Virus record (IMG/VR): IMGVR_UViG_3300049844_000277
Span: 36,520-100,519 of that record
Strand: one strand, 5' to 3'
DNA length: 64,000 nucleotides
From: a virus
Made by a program: the position numbers and the translations under genes. Shown in pieces: positions 52,620-61,561 of this stretch. Below the pieces are notes generated by a model. That model saw only the letters and a program-made list of their open reading frames with translations, did not search any database and was not told the DNA's origin. Numbering within the stretch: position 1 is the stretch's first letter; every line of letters begins with the position of its first letter.

Positions 52620-53651
52620 ATGGAACGTGCGTACGGCGTAGCAATTGCCTCCATCTATTTGGAGAAGCTGAAGTATCACGTCTTTCCTATTCGGCAGATA
52701 CTCGGAATAACGACTGGAGAACCCCGCTGTGACTGTACGGATGAAACGTGTCCGAACGTCGGAAAACATCCGCGAGTAGCGTGGTCTAAGAATACTGCGA
52801 CCGCGTCTGCTTGGGAACGTTGGCCAAATGACGGCTTTGGAATCGCAACAGGTGCGCGTTCGGGTATTTGGGTCTTGGATGTCGACCCGAAGAATAACGG
52901 TCCGGAGACACTACGGGTGCTCGAGCAGGCTCCAGGGCACGCTCCATTACCCAGGACAATAACCGTAAAGACGGGCTCGGGAGGGGAACATTACTACTTC
53001 CGATATCCTGGTCCGAATTACCGTAACACCGCCGGTGCGCTCGGGTTGGGACTAGACACGCGTGGTGACGGTGGATTCGTCGTTGGGCCTGGGTCACTGC
53101 ACAAGAGCGGGCGACGGTACACGTGGAAGCATGGGCCCGCCGATGCGCCGCTCGCCGATCCGCCTGAGTGGTTGCTCAAGTTGGTGAAGCAAACAGCCAA
53201 ATACCGGCGAGACGTGAACGTTGAAAAACAAGGGCTGCACACAGCACCTGTCCCACGCGCAGAGGCGGAATATCTTCTCGAAATAATGTTGGACCCGGAC
53301 TGCAGGCTAACGCAGTGGATGCGCACGTCTCCCGACGACGTCAGCCGAGAAACGTGGCGAGGATTTGCGACAAACCTCGCTTGCGCTGTAGTCGATCATC
53401 CTGAGTTGATCGAAAAAGCCTGCGAAGCGTTCCACGAAATCTCGTCCGGATATTCGCGCTATAAGGTTTCTGAAACGGAGCGAGTATTTAGAGATTCCGT
53501 AACAGTTGCACGGGTTTACGGCCCAATGTCGTTCGAGCACATGGTGAGGTCAGGAATGCCCTCAGAGCACGCTATTCCTCCCCACGCAAAAAACTTGTTG
53601 CACTCCGCGCAGTTGGAGATGCGGAGAAAAAGGCCTCGCAAGTCGGATTGA
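52620..53651 (+). CDS. Bifunctional primase-polymerase (Prim-Pol) N-terminal domain protein. The track ORF starts at 52500; an ATG at 52620 with a GGAG RBS is preferred.
   Basis: CPNVGKHP. VLDVDPKNNG (DxD). SGGEHYYFRYPG. GPGSLHKSGRRYTW. These are the classic Prim-Pol motifs. Confidence 0.75.
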   Translation: MERAYGVAIASIYLEKLKYHVFPIRQILGITTGEPRCDCTDETCPNVGKHPRVAWSKNTATASAWERWPNDGFGIATGARSGIWVLDVDPKNNGPETLRVLEQAPGHAPLPRTITVKTGSGGEHYYFRYPGPNYRNTAGALGLGLDTRGDGGFVVGPGSLHKSGRRYTWKHGPADAPLADPPEWLLKLVKQTAKYRRDVNVEKQGLHTAPVPRAEAEYLLEIMLDPDCRLTQWMRTSPDDVSRETWRGFATNLACAVVDHPELIEKACEAFHEISSGYSRYKVSETERVFRDSVTVARVYGPMSFEHMVRSGMPSEHAIPPHAKNLLHSAQLEMRRKRPRKSD

Positions 53652-53826
53652 AAAGTGGAATCCTCTCCGCTTCACACTTCACGCTTCGCGTCCGCGGCGC
53701 CTTCGAAAAACCTCGCCACACCCTTGCCGTCCGAACACATAAGCGGGTCTTCCCGTACCCACTCAGTCAAAGACGGCAAGGATGTGACGTAGGCGCCCCA
53801 CCATCCCCCACGGAAAGAGGAGCATA

Positions 53827-55728
53827 ATGCTGCTGCCTAGTCCTGCTGAGGTCAAAGAACTAATCGTCTCTGCAGCCTTTCAAAGCGATGCGTTCATCGT
53901 GGCAAAAGGCGAAAAGACGCAAACAATGAAGGATATAGAAGCTGAAAAAGCGGCCCACGCAATGGCGGCCCGTCAGTCTAGTGGTCTACCACAAAGTACA
54001 AACGCACTTCAAACTTCGCCAAACCCGGACCCTGCGCCACCTCCCGTAGTGGAGAAGTTGGCCGGGGTTCTTAAGTTCCTAATCCAGAATGACCCCGTAC
54101 TGCTAGCAAAAACGAAGATTGAATTCAAAAAGCATTTCACAGGAGTCCTGACAAAGGGAAAGCTCATCTTAGAGCCTCTTTGTGACTCCCTCTTCGATTC
54201 AGCATCGGCCGAAGACATCACCTACAAAGAATTACGTAAGTTGGGAATGCATCGGGGCGGGCAGATACCCGGCGTGGAGACGTTGGGCCGGTGGATTCGA
54301 AGTGAAGCGTATAGCCAGTGCGTACCCAACGGACCACTGACCGATGACTACGTCTCCTTAATAGTCTTACTCACGCTCGACCCTGAGCTTCTAAAGGGCA
54401 AGCTGGAGTGGGACGATATGAACAAGGCTATTACGATTAACAGAGAACCTATTGATTTAGCAAAGACAGTAAGTCGAATCCGTACGCAGATAGGGGATAC
54501 TTACTCTCAGGAAGTCGGACGCTTACGTAAAATGCGTCGAATCGTCCCCTCACATCAATCTGTAGAGCAAGCCCTGGAAGCCCTGGCGAAGGAAAATCCG
54601 TTCCACGCAACGAAAGAATGGATGGACGCGCTCCCTGCGTGGGACGGCGTCGACCGCATGCTTCCGCTCCTAAAGGCTATCAGAGGCTGGGTGGATACGT
54701 CTGCCATTGACATGCCGCAACATATAAAAGAAGAGCACGAAAGGATAAACAACCTAGCGCTGAAACAGCTAACCAAAACACTCATCGGCACGGTAGCTAG
54801 AACATACGAGCCCGGGTGTCAGATGGACACGATGTTAGTGTTAAAATCCAAGCAGGGGACCAAGAAATCCACATTATTCCGCGTACTGGCACCAGCAGGT
54901 AGGTTCTCGGCATCGCACGGTGAATTCGGGACTAAAGACTCCCGAATGGTATACACGAAGAATACCTGGGTAGAGATTGCGGAACTGAGTGGGATGCAAC
55001 GCAAAGAAATACAAACAATCAAAGCTGAAATCAGTGACCGCAGTGATGACTTCCGACCACCGTACGCTAAAGCTATCATCAATAACCCTAGGTGGTGCGT
55101 GCTCGTAGGGTCTACGAACGACGATAAGTTCCTGAAAGACCAGTCGGGGTCGCGTCGATTCTGGATTATCGTCATAGGAGACGACACGAAGGCGGATATG
55201 GTCTTCGTGGAGAACAATAAGCCACAGCTATGGGCACAGGCGGTGGCTCTCTATAAGGCTGCCCCTATGTGCCAGGACTGCCTCGCGCGGGCCGATGGGG
55301 AGACCCGCTGCCCGACGCACCGCTGGTGGCTTACCGACGAGGAGGACAGCTTCAGAGAGAAGTACAACGAGAACTTCACGGAAGTGGAACCCTACGTAGA
55401 GGCGCTCAGGGACTGGATGAGCAGCGCAATCTCGGACCGTCGTTCGTCGAAACAGGGGCTACACACGGCGGTAAAAAATACCGACCACATGACGGTCGCG
55501 CAATTTCTTCAGGAGGTCATTATGCTACCGCCAGAGAAGGTTTTTGATCGAATCCAGCAGGATAGAATGGCCCGAGCACTCAAAATTTGCGGATACACTA
55601 AAAAACACACAGAACACGGAAATATTTGGATAAGTCCAGGAATGCGCAATAGACCAGATTTGAAATTAGTCGCTAAAGAAAAAACAGAGGCGGTATCGGA
55701 GAATTTGACAAAAACGTCGGAACAATGA
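53827..55728 (+). CDS. D5/P4-family SF3 helicase, the primase-associated C-terminal domain protein.
   Basis: Walker A LVLKSKQGTKKSTLF. Walker B region and SGSRRFWIIVIGDD, characteristic of D5-like NTPases. AGAGGAG RBS. Confidence 0.75.
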   Translation: MLLPSPAEVKELIVSAAFQSDAFIVAKGEKTQTMKDIEAEKAAHAMAARQSSGLPQSTNALQTSPNPDPAPPPVVEKLAGVLKFLIQNDPVLLAKTKIEFKKHFTGVLTKGKLILEPLCDSLFDSASAEDITYKELRKLGMHRGGQIPGVETLGRWIRSEAYSQCVPNGPLTDDYVSLIVLLTLDPELLKGKLEWDDMNKAITINREPIDLAKTVSRIRTQIGDTYSQEVGRLRKMRRIVPSHQSVEQALEALAKENPFHATKEWMDALPAWDGVDRMLPLLKAIRGWVDTSAIDMPQHIKEEHERINNLALKQLTKTLIGTVARTYEPGCQMDTMLVLKSKQGTKKSTLFRVLAPAGRFSASHGEFGTKDSRMVYTKNTWVEIAELSGMQRKEIQTIKAEISDRSDDFRPPYAKAIINNPRWCVLVGSTNDDKFLKDQSGSRRFWIIVIGDDTKADMVFVENNKPQLWAQAVALYKAAPMCQDCLARADGETRCPTHRWWLTDEEDSFREKYNENFTEVEPYVEALRDWMSSAISDRRSSKQGLHTAVKNTDHMTVAQFLQEVIMLPPEKVFDRIQQDRMARALKICGYTKKHTEHGNIWISPGMRNRPDLKLVAKEKTEAVSENLTKTSEQ

Positions 55729-55960
55729 ACTTATTAAAAAACAATAGGTGTAAGCAAGTTTCGGGCCAACAAACTTTTTCAAAAATTCCTGAAAGGGGCG
55801 TTCAGCCGCAAATGTCCGTAATTACTAAAACTCGAAGAAAAACCTGAACAGGCTGAATGCCCTGACATGGTGCTTCTTATATAAGCATGGAGTAACAGGG
55901 GTATTACTGACCCACCCTGGGTCATTTTTGACGGACACTGGGTATAAAGTTCAGAAACAT

Positions 55961-56040
55961 ATTCAGGGTATTCAGGTATTCAGTTATCCAATAAAATCAA
56001 GTACTTAGAACGAAAAATGGCTGAATACCCCCTGAATATC
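55961..56040. repeat. Iteron-like cluster: TATTCAG core three times direct (attcagggtattcaggtattcag), then twice inverted (ctgaataccccctgaatatc).
   Basis: Seen directly in the AT-rich half of the 1.16-kb non-coding region. Confidence 0.6.
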
Positions 56041-56084
56041 CCCCCCTATGGCACCAGAATTGCTTGTGCGGTCAAAATCGAACT

Positions 56085-56108
56085 TTCTGGGCTATTTTCT
56101 GGGCTATT
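56085..56108. repeat. Tandem 2 x 12 bp repeat (ttctgggctatt).
   Basis: Seen directly. Confidence 0.6.
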
Positions 56109-56436
56109 ATTTTGTTCAGTATTCCTTTTAACCAAATGCCCGAACTGGCGAACATTGATCACGTGCCATCCCGCGCGCCCAACATTGATCCCGTGCTGTC
56201 CGAGCCGACCCTCAGCGGGGTCAAGCTCCCGTGCTGTCCGCGCCAGCCTCCGGCCGGCCCCGCTTCCGCAAGGGAAACCTTCCCGACGTCCCGACGAAGA
56301 CTATACCCTAGCCTAGCCTTATCCTCCACCCCCGTCCCCACTCTCGCTGTAGCCGTAGATTTCCTGGCAAGTCTCGCCAAAGGCCTCCAGCGGGCCGTAG
56401 GACCGACGAACCGGCGTAACCCGGTCCGACCCCTTG

Positions 56437-56482
56437 CCCGACCCCCGAACGTCGCTCCTGCGCCCGCCTAGGCCCCTTCCCG
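56437..56482. repeat. 46-bp direct repeat, copy 1 (cccgacccccgaacgtcgctcctgcgcccgcctaggccccttcccg).
   Basis: Identical to copy 2 at 56562..56607, period 125 bp. Embedded in a GC-rich CCGAC-rich segment. Confidence 0.7.
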
Positions 56483-56561
56483 CCGGTCCGCCGAATCCGC
56501 CTCAAACCGCCCTGAGTGGCCTCCAGGCGCTCAAACGCCCCAGACCCGACCCAAGACCCTA

Positions 56562-56607
56562 CCCGACCCCCGAACGTCGCTCCTGCGCCCGCCTAGGCCC
56601 CTTCCCG
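56562..56607. repeat. 46-bp direct repeat, copy 2.
   Basis: Identical to copy 1. Confidence 0.7.
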
Positions 56608-56888
56608 GCCTAGACTCGAGGGGAACTCTCGCCGGGAGAAGACCCTTGAAGCCCCTACCCGCCCTGACGCTTCGCGACGTCCTCAAGAACGAAATTGAAA
56701 ACGATCGACGGAACGTCGAACAGATTTCCGTCTCTCGCCAGGATTCAGTTAACCGTTCAATCGCCATATGTGCGCGCCGGTACATCGAAGCGCTGGACTT
56801 TGGCGATGAAACGTTGTTGTTTGATGCCGAAGATAATTTGCGGCTTGCGCTTGATAACGTTCGTTCTTGATTATTCGCTTACTTCAAA

Positions 56889-57446
56889 ATGTTATTTCTC
56901 GGAGTCGATCAATCACTACGCAGCTCCGGAGTGGCTGTCATTTCCGAGGAACAAGAATCTGTCTATCTTGGGCGTATAGCCCCTGCTAAGCTTTCAGATG
57001 CACCAAGGTTGGCTGCAATAAGAGACGCATTACAGACACTCATTACTACAACACCAGACATCCGCTTTGCCGCGCTAGAAGGGTACGCGTATGACGTTGG
57101 CGCTGGTAGAGTGTTTGAGCTGGGTGAAGTTGGCGCTGTTGTTAAGTTGGCGCTTTATGACGCTAAAATCCCGTTTATCGTCGTTCCGCCGGCCTCTCTA
57201 AAGCAATTCGTAGCTGACCACGGCAACGCCAATAAGACGCAAATGCGGATATCTGTATTACGTCGTTGGGGTTATGACATTACCCAGGACGACGAATGTG
57301 ATGCCTTTGGTTTGGCGCAAGTCGCTAGAGCTGTACACCTTAACAAGGGCACGACTCGCTCCGAACTCGAAGTACTGAAGAAGCTACGTACAACAGACAA
57401 GAAGGTTTCTTTAGTCAGCTTCAAGACCCGATTCCCTTCCATCTAA
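56889..57446 (+). CDS. ruvC: RuvC-like Holliday-junction resolvase (RNase H fold).
   Basis: MLFLGVDQSLRSSG (Asp1). ALEGYAY (Glu). DDECDAFGLAQVA (Asp/His region). Size about 185 aa. Confidence 0.7.
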   Translation: MLFLGVDQSLRSSGVAVISEEQESVYLGRIAPAKLSDAPRLAAIRDALQTLITTTPDIRFAALEGYAYDVGAGRVFELGEVGAVVKLALYDAKIPFIVVPPASLKQFVADHGNANKTQMRISVLRRWGYDITQDDECDAFGLAQVARAVHLNKGTTRSELEVLKKLRTTDKKVSLVSFKTRFPSI

Positions 57447-57458
57447 GAGAATAAGAAT

Positions 57459-57659
57459 ATGCGTTGCTCCAACTGCGAATCCCCGATGAAGGATGTCGAC
57501 GGTATGACTGTTCGGCTTAATAAGGACAATACAGCCCTCACGCATCTCTGCGGTGAGTGTATCTCAGGAGTTTTGACGCTTAAGATTGTCTTGTCCCGTC
57601 AGCGGGCGCAGGATTCGTTTACGTTTTCTGGTTATTTGCCGGTAGCGTCGGAGAGGTGA
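57459..57659 (+). CDS. Small Cys-containing protein.
   Basis: CSNCESP...CGEC. Confidence 0.4.
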   Translation: MRCSNCESPMKDVDGMTVRLNKDNTALTHLCGECISGVLTLKIVLSRQRAQDSFTFSGYLPVASER

Positions 57660-57886
57660 GTGAGAGTGAGGAGCTTATGAGCAAGAGACGTTGCATCGAG
57701 TGCGAAGAAATAATTCCACCGGATTCTCTTTTTTACCGAGTGACTCGCCCAGGAGACCAAGCCATTGAGAGCTGCTGTGCGCGATGTGTTCCGAGCTTAC
57801 GGGCTCGCGTGAAGGCCGCCAATGCTTTGTACGTGGAATTCGGTCGCGCCGATGAGGTGGCTCCTTTACCGCAGCCGGTGAACTGA
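57656..57886 (+). CDS. Small zinc-ribbon protein.
   Basis: CIECEE...CCARC. Confidence 0.4.
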   Translation: MSESEELMSKRRCIECEEIIPPDSLFYRVTRPGDQAIESCCARCVPSLRARVKAANALYVEFGRADEVAPLPQPVN

Positions 57887-57889
57887 ACG

Positions 57890-58375
57890 ATGCCTCTTTT
57901 ACCGAGTACATTGTCGTCCGGACTCATAAAGCTCGACGACCCGAGTGGTCCCAATCCCAAGAACATCCCTGCGGTAGCGCAGGCTTGGTTTAATCTTTGG
58001 TGGGACTATGCGCAGAACATGACGTACTTGGTTCCTGGAGGCGGCGGACGGCCTCTCGTCGAAAGTTCGTTCAAATCAATTTTGATGGGCGGGCTTTCAC
58101 CGGTTCCTGTGCCGATAACTTTCTTTGTAGCTTTGGGCACAGCGATGTTGGCGGCGTGGGCGACGCTAGGAACTCCGGCGACTCTCACACCGCCGATTGT
58201 ATCCCTGATTCCGCAGCCCGTACCGTTTGCACCAGCGGGCGTCGCAATAGTTCCAATCGGGATGGCATCAAAAGATAAGAAGCTTCCTCGGGCGGCGCTA
58301 GCGACGCTCATTCATACGTGGACAATCACAGCGCAGGCCGTTGGTCCCAGCGGTCCTGTGGGGCCTATCTCGTAG
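57890..58375 (+). CDS. Hydrophobic/Pro-rich protein, possibly membrane-associated.
   Basis: ORF with hydrophobic stretches: ITFFVALGTAMLAAWATLG, AGVAIVPIG. Confidence 0.45.
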   Translation: MPLLPSTLSSGLIKLDDPSGPNPKNIPAVAQAWFNLWWDYAQNMTYLVPGGGGRPLVESSFKSILMGGLSPVPVPITFFVALGTAMLAAWATLGTPATLTPPIVSLIPQPVPFAPAGVAIVPIGMASKDKKLPRAALATLIHTWTITAQAVGPSGPVGPIS

Positions 58376-58699
58376 GTGACCGGGATGATTATCAGTGAAC
58401 GCGACGGGTGGGTAAACCCACGCCACGCATCCGTTGTTTATGATTTGTTCTGCCGCAACTGCTGTTTACCACGCTCGAAGCACGTCGACGGTAAGTGCTT
58501 ATTTGATTCTACCTCTTTCGAGTTTGCATCTCTGGAGCGACAAATATCACTCGCTTGCGCGCAGATGTTTGAAGGTAGGCCGGCTACTGAGCGTACGCTG
58601 GATATAGTCCAGCAGTACGCAGCTTATTTGCGAAGGGATTTATGTCTCTTGGGGTTTACAGAAAAGAATCCAACTGGAATACAGTTTAAACATGTCTGA
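58376..58699 (+). CDS. Hypothetical protein (107 aa).
   Basis: ORF. Confidence 0.4.
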   Translation: MTGMIISERDGWVNPRHASVVYDLFCRNCCLPRSKHVDGKCLFDSTSFEFASLERQISLACAQMFEGRPATERTLDIVQQYAAYLRRDLCLLGFTEKNPTGIQFKHV

Positions 58700-58943
58700 T
58701 ACTTCCGATGCGGTTGCGTATTTTCGAGACCGAGAGAAATTTTTATTCAAGCGTAGTTTGAATGAACTCTTCTCCGAGCAGGAAGCAGTGTGGGAACGCC
58801 ACTCTCGCACACTCGACCGATTCAATAGATTGACCGACGTAACGGCGGTGACCAGTGAAAATACAGTAAATATGGTAGCGGTTGATGTGTCGGGGAAGGG
58901 AATCTATTCCTCGGATGTTGGGGTATTTTTTCTAAGTCGTTAA
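58692..58943 (+). CDS. Hypothetical protein (83 aa).
   Basis: ORF. Confidence 0.35.
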   Translation: MSDTSDAVAYFRDREKFLFKRSLNELFSEQEAVWERHSRTLDRFNRLTDVTAVTSENTVNMVAVDVSGKGIYSSDVGVFFLSR

Positions 58944-58955
58944 AGGAGTCTTAAA

Positions 58956-59867
58956 ATGTCTGCTCAAATTGTTCCGTTTCAGTTCGAAGGCGAAGAAGAA
59001 GTTCGAGTCATCATGAAGAACGGAGAGCCGTGGTTCGTTGCTTCAGACCTGTGTCGGGTCCTGGACATCAAGGACGTCTCCGTCGCCGTACGTAACTTCC
59101 CGGAATCACTGATTGGTCGGTGTTTAACACCGACGAGCGCGGGGGAGCGAGAAGCCATTACCCTCAGCGAAGCCGGCATGTGGCGGCTGGTCATGCGCTC
59201 CGACAAGCCCAAGGCCCTCGAGCTCCAACAGTGGCTTTCGGAGCACGTACTTCCGAGTATTCGTAAGACCGGTGTGTACTTTGCCGGGATTTCTCCTGAA
59301 TCGCTGAAAAGCCAGCGCGTTCAGCACGCTATTCAGCTCGTACACCTCACTGCTGAATTCGAGTTAGCACAGGAGCAACTTAACGAACATACCCGGCAAC
59401 TGATTCGGCAGAATCAGGCTCTCAATAAGCATGAACAACAGTTGAAGACCCTCGAAGAGACAACGGCCATCATCGACGACTACGTCACCATTAAGGGAGC
59501 CGCAAAGAAGCTCGGGGTACGCATCGATTCAACTCTCGCTGGAATGATGGGTAAAGTCGCAGCGACCCGAACTAAGCAGCGGGGGTTACTCATTCGAGAT
59601 GTTGCTGATTTACAACACGGAACAGTGCACGCATATCCTCGAGAAATCGCGGAAGAGGCAGTGCTGTTTGTAACGGCGAATGAACCACAGCGGCTCATCG
59701 AAAAACAAGAAGCCGCAGCGAAGAGGGAAGCGAAGAAGCTTGAGCAGATGAAGGAGGAAGCTAGCGCAGTTCCTACTTCTAACGGAGCGTCGAAGCATAG
59801 GCTCCAATTTATCGATCTTCCGGATGACGCATTTTTGAAGGAAGATGATAAGTCGACCATACAATGA
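58956..59867 (+). CDS. Bro-N domain (antirepressor-like) protein with a C-terminal coiled-coil region.
   Basis: FQFEGEEEVRVIMKNGEPWFVASDLCRVLDIKDVSVAV ... GMWRLVMRSDKPKALELQQWL (Bro-N/KilA-N-like). Confidence 0.7.
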   Translation: MSAQIVPFQFEGEEEVRVIMKNGEPWFVASDLCRVLDIKDVSVAVRNFPESLIGRCLTPTSAGEREAITLSEAGMWRLVMRSDKPKALELQQWLSEHVLPSIRKTGVYFAGISPESLKSQRVQHAIQLVHLTAEFELAQEQLNEHTRQLIRQNQALNKHEQQLKTLEETTAIIDDYVTIKGAAKKLGVRIDSTLAGMMGKVAATRTKQRGLLIRDVADLQHGTVHAYPREIAEEAVLFVTANEPQRLIEKQEAAAKREAKKLEQMKEEASAVPTSNGASKHRLQFIDLPDDAFLKEDDKSTIQ

Positions 59868-59946
59868 GCTAGGAACGCCCGTGCCTATTTCGGCGGATCT
59901 CGATGTTGAATAGTTCTGAAGAGACGATTATTTTACGGGGAATCTA

Positions 59947-60339
59947 GTGAGTATTAAGGAACAGTTAAAGAAGTACACAAAGGCGCATCACCGGTTGGAA
60001 TGGTTAGCCCGGGTTGAGGTTATACAGGAAGAGGCAGCTAAGGACGCGTATGGAGCTGCGGAGGAGATTCGTACTCGTCAGTTAGAAGTAATAACCCATT
60101 TGCTAAAGGCTGAATCTAGTAGCAAGCTCATTACGGAGCTGAAGCAGATTCGCGAACAGCGCGCGAATGACGATGATTGCGCGGATGAGACGGGAATGGA
60201 GACGTTGTGGGAGTTGGTTACGCATGGGGCTGCAGGACTTCATCACGATTTGGATTTCTCCAATAGGCGGAAACTGGACGCGTATGTTCGCGTTCTCAAC
60301 GGGATTCTTCGTATGGCTACGAAGGGGTCTGAGTACTGA
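59947..60339 (+). CDS. Hypothetical protein (130 aa).
   Basis: ORF. Confidence 0.45.
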   Translation: MSIKEQLKKYTKAHHRLEWLARVEVIQEEAAKDAYGAAEEIRTRQLEVITHLLKAESSSKLITELKQIREQRANDDDCADETGMETLWELVTHGAAGLHHDLDFSNRRKLDAYVRVLNGILRMATKGSEY

Positions 60340-60376
60340 GTTCCCGGGAATCACTTTTTATTGAAAGGAGTTTTAC

Positions 60377-60691
60377 GTGGCTCTATCGACCGCATCACAC
60401 CAGTTTCAGGATTTGGGCGAGGTACGTACGGTGGTTAAGCAGGGAGAACCGTGGTTTGTCGCGGAAGATTTGTGTCAGATGCTGGGGGTAGAGGATGTTC
60501 CAGGAGCTGTTGCGCTCATTCCACGTGTTTTAAGGGAGACTGTGGAGGTTGAGACTTTAGATGGGCCGGAGCAGGCGGTGGTTCTTCGTGAATCTGGTAT
60601 GCATTTATTGGTGCAAAGAGCCAATTCGATTAATTCACTGCCCCTTCGTACGTGGTTGAAAGAAACCATTATTCCGAGCATTGAAGTGTGA
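60377..60691 (+). CDS. Second Bro-N domain protein (104 aa, domain only).
   Basis: FQDLGEVRTVVKQGEPWFVAEDLCQMLGVEDVPGAV ... GMHLLVQRANS. Paralogous to 58956. Confidence 0.65.
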   Translation: MALSTASHQFQDLGEVRTVVKQGEPWFVAEDLCQMLGVEDVPGAVALIPRVLRETVEVETLDGPEQAVVLRESGMHLLVQRANSINSLPLRTWLKETIIPSIEV

Positions 60692-60972
60692 GCAAAGAAC
60701 AGCAGCTCCAGGGAATTACGCCGTACGTACTTAGATTGAGCGCTCACTACGCTGCGTTGGGCATCGGTACGTATTACCCAAAGGGCTATAGCCAGTTCGA
60801 TCGTGTTGAAGTAGGTGTCAAGCAACCTTGGCAACCAGGCAAGCTCTTCACCGAGTCTTGTCTGATTCTCGAGGTTGCTTTTTTTAGCTCTAACGAGATG
60901 CTTCGCTACGTGGAGTTCGCACTGACGCCGGCTGGGTTTGGTGGGCGGCCGATCGTCAAAGAGATTAAGTGA
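60688..60972 (+). CDS. Hypothetical protein (94 aa).
   Basis: ORF, start overlapping the previous stop. Confidence 0.4.
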   Translation: MSKEQQLQGITPYVLRLSAHYAALGIGTYYPKGYSQFDRVEVGVKQPWQPGKLFTESCLILEVAFFSSNEMLRYVEFALTPAGFGGRPIVKEIK

Positions 60973-60979
60973 GTTATCG

Positions 60980-61396
60980 CTATAATCCGAACACGCTACT
61001 CGCCGCATCATATCCTTGTCGGTAAGCAGCAGGGTCTCCCGCCTTCTTCACCTCTTCGTAGAGCCCGCGGACCTTCTTGTCGCTCTTGTTCGCCTCGTCG
61101 TGCGCGGTCTCGTAGTTCATCCCACGGTTCTTCATCAGACGATGCTCGATGGCCTCGTGAATGACCGTTGAGACGCGGTCCTTAGGGGAGAGGTTCTTCT
61201 CCACCCACATCTCGCCTTTCGGGATGTACGAGTACCGCGAAGGGTTCCCGCCCATCGTGAAGTCGGTGTCGATGTCGTCCCGGACCTTCGTTCCGTCCAC
61301 CGTCTTTATTTTTAGCTCGTCGGGGCCTGAACGGGGCGCAGTGTCGCGGCGTTTTTCATCTGCTATTTTGGTGAGGTTCGTTGTTCTCGTAACCAT
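60980..61396 (-). CDS. Small protein with an HExxH motif. Possible minimal metallopeptidase (ImmA/IrrE-like?).
   Basis: VIHEAIEHRLM. Weak evidence. Confidence 0.35.
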   Translation of the reverse strand: MVTRTTNLTKIADEKRRDTAPRSGPDELKIKTVDGTKVRDDIDTDFTMGGNPSRYSYIPKGEMWVEKNLSPKDRVSTVIHEAIEHRLMKNRGMNYETAHDEANKSDKKVRGLYEEVKKAGDPAAYRQGYDAASSVFGL

Positions 61397-61542
61397 TTCT
61401 TAGTTTAGTTCATTTTGAGTAGGCTTAATTCCTTGGCGACTGTTACGGAATATCCTGAAATTCTTGTCCGGTACCCGCGACGTTGACAACTTCATGCCGC
61501 TGCCCGGTTAGGTTTGTGATGGATAGTCGTACCATGTAGAGA

Positions 61543-61554
61543 GTATAGCTATAC
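61543..61554. promoter_or_regulatory. Perfect 12-bp palindrome GTATAGCTATAC, 7 nt upstream of the 61562 ATG. It also contains a TATACT -10-like hexamer.
   Basis: Seen directly in the divergent intergenic region 61397..61561. Confidence 0.35.
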
Positions 61555-61561
61555 TCCCTCC

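Noticed and set aside
55928-55948. Sigma-70-like promoter TTGACG ... TATAAA in the AT-rich segment.
   Set aside because: Spacer is only about 9 nt, far from the 16-18 nt optimum. Kept only as part of the AT-rich origin-like region.
56017-56505. Several 65-135-aa ORFs (56017..56316, 56064..56471, 56159..56380, 56308..56505) in the GC-rich repeat region.
   Set aside because: Pro/Arg/Ser/Ala-rich junk composition in all frames, generated by CCGAC-rich repeats. There is no RBS and they overlap each other. The region is treated as non-coding.
56437-56607. Possible CRISPR array (identical 46-bp direct repeats).
   Set aside because: Only two copies. The 79-bp intervening segment shares further similarity with the flanks. 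No cas genes are adjacent. More consistent with origin or iteron-type repeats.
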